The position numbers were made by a program, and so were the translations under genes. DNA of 56,101 bases, taken from positions 1-56,101 of the forward strand of contig JBAXUN010000001.1 of NCBI GenBank assembly GCA_037129655.1. Direction: 5' to 3'. Under the pieces are notes generated by a model. It saw nothing but the letters and a program-made list of their open reading frames with translations. It was not told the DNA's origin and did no database searches. This DNA is from Actinomycetes bacterium (lineage in GTDB: Bacteria > Actinomycetota > Actinomycetes > S36-B12 > CAIYMF01). Shown in pieces: positions 53,032 through 56,101 of the stretch. The stretch's first letter is position 1. Each line of letters begins with the position of its first letter.

Positions 53032-53068
53032 CGTTGGGGAGGACCGAGGACATCAGCCCTCCCCAACG
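53032..53068 (-). terminator. GC-rich hairpin between the kinase gene and the Rieske gene
   Basis: CGTTGGGGAGG-N15-CCTCCCCAACG (11 bp stem), 19 nt after the stop. No U-tract. Confidence 0.55.
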
Positions 53069-53087
53069 CAATGTTCCGCTCGAAAAC

Positions 53088-54902
53088 TTAGTCTTCGAGG
53101 ATGGTGACCGTTCCATTTGACCCATCGACGCGAATGCGCTGACCGGTCTTGATGTTTGACGTTGCAAACCCGGTGCCGGTGACCGCCGGAAGACCGTATT
53201 CGCGACACACAATGGCCGCGTGGCTCATCATGCCGCCGGTGTCGGTGACGGTAGCGCCGATCTTGCCGAAGATCGGTGCCCAACTTGGTGCGGTCAACGG
53301 AGCAACAAGGATTTCGCCCTGCTGGATTTCGTTGATCTGATCTGCCGAGAAGATGACACGGGCCGGACCTTCGGCAACACCCGGTGATGCCGCGAAGCCC
53401 TTAATGCCGCCTTCACCTGAAGCGCCTCCACCAAGCCACGCGGCCACGGAATCTGAGGTGATACCCCAGAGCATGACGGTGAACGGCTCGGTGACAACCT
53501 CCGGCGGTACGCCAAGGGCGGGGGTTGGCTTGGCTGCCTTGAGAGCACTGACGATGCGCTTGCGATCGGCGATCTTTGCCGGCCAGTACTTCGGTCCGCG
53601 AGCAGGTGCCGGAGTCGCCCATGATGCGTAGAGATCGAACAGCGCATCTGGAACCTCATGACGCTGCATGTAGAAGATGTCGTTTGCTTCGCCGATGAAA
53701 CCGGCATCGGCAAAGATCTGACCCAGACCACGCATCTTGCGCCACAGCACTGAGTGACTCCAGTGCTCAACGTAGAAGTTGTGATTCTCCACGTAAGGGA
53801 ACACCACGCGAGCCAGACCGAGCTTGCCGGCAAACGCCTCACGGTCTTCATCAGAGTTAAGAAGTTCGGTGTACTCATTGACGATGCGATCGCGCTCAGC
53901 GTGAATCGCAGCAACTGGGCGAGCTAGGTCGCCACCCTCGTTGAGGAGGTTGATGTAGTTACCGATGAAGTCGAATGGAATCTCGACATTCTCAATCCAG
54001 ATCTTGTCCGTGTGGTAGAAACCCGAACCGTTCGAGAAGTTGAACCACGGTTCAGCAGACTCCTGGAACGAAGCGATCCACGCGCGACCGGCGTCAGTTG
54101 CCTTGAGGTTCTCCGACGTGGCCTCGACGTTCCCGGCAACGAAAGCATCGCTGATGCCAGTGTCGCGAGCCATCCGCGCAAGGCGCTTGAGCTCATCGTC
54201 CGGACGGAACAGGTCGACGTCGACACCTGCGACCATCTTGGCGATGGCGAGGTCCGAAATACTCGGGAATACCTGCTTGCAGAAGCCAAAGAAGTCGAGG
54301 TAGGCGGCGTATCCCAAGTTGAGGAACTCAAAGTGGAACTGCCACAACTTGAGTGCCGAGCTCAGGAGTCGGTAGTACGCATCGATCAATGCGTAACCAG
54401 AACCTGAACCCTTACCGGATGCAACAACGTCTTCGAAGTCTTCAACATCGGGAAGTGCTTCGATGTGAAGAGCTTCCATCTCCGCTACGAGGTCGCGGAT
54501 CTTGACCATCCACTTGTCGTAGAGATCGTTCCAGTTCATGAAGTAGTGACCAGCGCGCTGCATGAACTGCTCGACGCGTGCACCGATCTCAGCCTCCGGC
54601 GCCGGCACAGGCGTGAGGTAGGCGTAGCCGTTCAGGATGCGGTAGTCGATGCCATTGGCTGGCGGAACCAGGAGGTGGCGCGTGTTGTACTGCGACAGCG
54701 AGGTGATCGCGAACTCGAAGAAGGTTGCGTCCCATGGCGTGAGCACCTGAGGCCAGTGCACGCCATCTTGGAACCAGAACATCGAGTCTTCATACTCACG
54801 CCTATCCTCGCTGAATATCGATGAATACGCGTAGAGGTCCTGCCAGCCTTCTGCACCCTCGGGGGTGGGGATGTCGAAGGGACTGGGGAAACGGTCTGCC
54901 AT
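53088..54902 (-). CDS. Phenol/alkylphenol phosphate synthase, substrate-binding and phosphohistidine subunit (CreH/PpsA family)
   Basis: C-terminal swivel His domain TDTGGMMSHAAIVCREYGLPAV, plus family motifs EGWQDLY, WQFHFEFLNLGY, FRPDDELK, FPYVENHNFYVEHW and EPFTVMLWG. Confidence 0.85.
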   Translation of the reverse strand: MADRFPSPFDIPTPEGAEGWQDLYAYSSIFSEDRREYEDSMFWFQDGVHWPQVLTPWDATFFEFAITSLSQYNTRHLLVPPANGIDYRILNGYAYLTPVPAPEAEIGARVEQFMQRAGHYFMNWNDLYDKWMVKIRDLVAEMEALHIEALPDVEDFEDVVASGKGSGSGYALIDAYYRLLSSALKLWQFHFEFLNLGYAAYLDFFGFCKQVFPSISDLAIAKMVAGVDVDLFRPDDELKRLARMARDTGISDAFVAGNVEATSENLKATDAGRAWIASFQESAEPWFNFSNGSGFYHTDKIWIENVEIPFDFIGNYINLLNEGGDLARPVAAIHAERDRIVNEYTELLNSDEDREAFAGKLGLARVVFPYVENHNFYVEHWSHSVLWRKMRGLGQIFADAGFIGEANDIFYMQRHEVPDALFDLYASWATPAPARGPKYWPAKIADRKRIVSALKAAKPTPALGVPPEVVTEPFTVMLWGITSDSVAAWLGGGASGEGGIKGFAASPGVAEGPARVIFSADQINEIQQGEILVAPLTAPSWAPIFGKIGATVTDTGGMMSHAAIVCREYGLPAVTGTGFATSNIKTGQRIRVDGSNGTVTILED

Positions 54903-54986
54903 CAGATCTCCTTAACGAACCGTCATTGGTTCACTGGGACCAGTACCGTCACGTGTTGACGGTTGGTGATTTTTCTACCTGACTAA

Positions 54987-56087
54987 CTACTTCGCTTCCG
55001 TGCCATCCGCAGAACTGCGGCTGTATAGCGGGGACATCAAAGTCGAGACGATGCTCGACATGAAGTCACCACTGGTGGCCACCGACGGAGCCGCCGGTGC
55101 CTTCTTGCTCCAGACAGTTTCCGGCCGCGCTTGCAGCAGGATGATGTTCTGGCCTTCGGGTAGGTCGGCATCGACCGCCCACTCGATATCTTGGGGACAT
55201 CCGTAGTGCTTCTCCGCTGTACGAGCCAGAGCCGCGATGCCCTTGATCTGATCGTCGGTCAGACTCGGAGCACTCGCCCGGTCTGCGTCCAATGGACGCT
55301 TTTCAACCGTGTCGTGATCGGTTAGCGCGAATTCGCATTCTTTGACCGAGACGACTCTCCGGCCGATTTCACGAATCACCTTGTCGATCAGGAAGTTATC
55401 GGGCGTTATCTCCCCTGAGACAACCCCTTCACCAAATCCCCAGGCACTGTCGATGGCAATCTGAGACCTATCGCCATCGGTGGGGTTAAGTGTGAAGGCA
55501 ACTCCTGCTGCGGTGGGACGCACCATTTTCTGCACCACCACACACATTTCGACGCTGCGATGCTCGTAACCCATTTCGACGCGGTAGCAGGTGGCGCGGT
55601 CAGTGAACAGGCTCGCCCAACATCGACGAACGGCATCGATCACATCGTCACCACCGCGCACCCACAGGTACGTGTCGTGCTCACCGGCGAACGACGCGTC
55701 AGGTGAATCCTCCGAGGTGGCAGAGGATCGCACCGCAACTGGAACGTCAGTGACTCCTGAACGAGCACTCAATTCCAGATATCCCGCGCGGATAGCTTCC
55801 TCTACCTCTATCGGCATCGGCATCGTCCGGATGAGATCGCGAATTTCCGCACATCGACGCGATACGTCATCGGTGTCACTGATGTCCATGCCGTTGAGGT
55901 GGTGGGCGAGTTGTTGATCGAGATCTGCTTCCAGCGCCGTACGTCGGTACGCCGTTGTGCTAATTCCGAATCCGGGTGGCACAGGTAAACCTGCACCCGT
56001 CATTTCACCAAGGGAGGCGGCCTTGCCGCCCATCTCATGCTTGATTCCGGCCCAGTAACTTTCGAACCACGTAATGGTGCTGCTCAT
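54987..56087 (-). CDS. Stand-alone PEP-synthase-like ATP-grasp subunit (CreI/PpsB family)
   Basis: GGKAASLGEM, VAVRSSATSEDSPDASFAGEH, CWASLF, WGFGEGVVSG, DIEWAVD and LQARPETVWS. No pyruvate-binding barrel. Confidence 0.88.
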   Translation of the reverse strand: MSSTITWFESYWAGIKHEMGGKAASLGEMTGAGLPVPPGFGISTTAYRRTALEADLDQQLAHHLNGMDISDTDDVSRRCAEIRDLIRTMPMPIEVEEAIRAGYLELSARSGVTDVPVAVRSSATSEDSPDASFAGEHDTYLWVRGGDDVIDAVRRCWASLFTDRATCYRVEMGYEHRSVEMCVVVQKMVRPTAAGVAFTLNPTDGDRSQIAIDSAWGFGEGVVSGEITPDNFLIDKVIREIGRRVVSVKECEFALTDHDTVEKRPLDADRASAPSLTDDQIKGIAALARTAEKHYGCPQDIEWAVDADLPEGQNIILLQARPETVWSKKAPAAPSVATSGDFMSSIVSTLMSPLYSRSSADGTEAK

Positions 56088-56101
56088 GCACGCTCCCGAT
56101 C

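Noticed and set aside
53088-56087. Frameshifted PEP synthase/PPDK or rifamycin phosphotransferase
   Set aside because: These are two clean ORFs, the second with its own AAGGAG RBS. There is no pyruvate-binding barrel, and the motifs match the natively split CreHI/PpsAB family. Rph is a single polypeptide.
49435-56087. Anaerobic phenol carboxylation (Pps/Ppc) cluster
   Set aside because: No UbiD-like carboxylase or CBS-domain PpsC is present in the window, and the partner is an O2-dependent Rieske enzyme. Upstream genes are unseen, so this is not fully excluded.

Overview
A 56 kb, roughly 60% GC, gene-dense actinobacterial chromosomal segment with about 52 CDS. I saw no rRNA, tRNA, CRISPR array or mobile element. 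Most of the window (about 4.2-49.4 kb) is conserved actinobacterial core whose order resembles the M. tuberculosis Rv2671-Rv2701c and Streptomyces region, as recalled from memory. It carries ppk2, ribD-like reductase, ligC/Prim-PolC, msrB, hemE-hemG-hemQ, DUF3000, RNase D, fadAB-like, dxs, acnA, TRAM methyltransferase, KimA-like permease with two TrkA, dut, suhB, ferrochelatase, sepH, a Pat acetyltransferase and a Topo IV A subunit. Accessory modules flank it. The left end has a copper amine oxidase, a divergent APC permease and a truncated DUF1254 gene. The right end (49.4-56.1 kb, minus strand, open at the window edge) is the most interesting: a split PEP-synthase-like phenol kinase (CreI/CreH, PpsB/PpsA family), a LigXa-like Rieske oxygenase, a small CxxC..CxxC protein, a HAD phosphatase and an adrenodoxin-type ferredoxin reductase. 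This suggests a phosphorylate-oxidise-dephosphorylate phenolic pathway using a Rieske enzyme instead of the P450 or carboxylase of characterised systems. Clear regulatory sites include an IdeR/DtxR box before the iron permease, a SigR/SigH promoter before msrB, a 26 bp perfect palindrome before acnA and an operator-like inverted repeat before the thiolase. All family calls come from motif recognition, not database searches.
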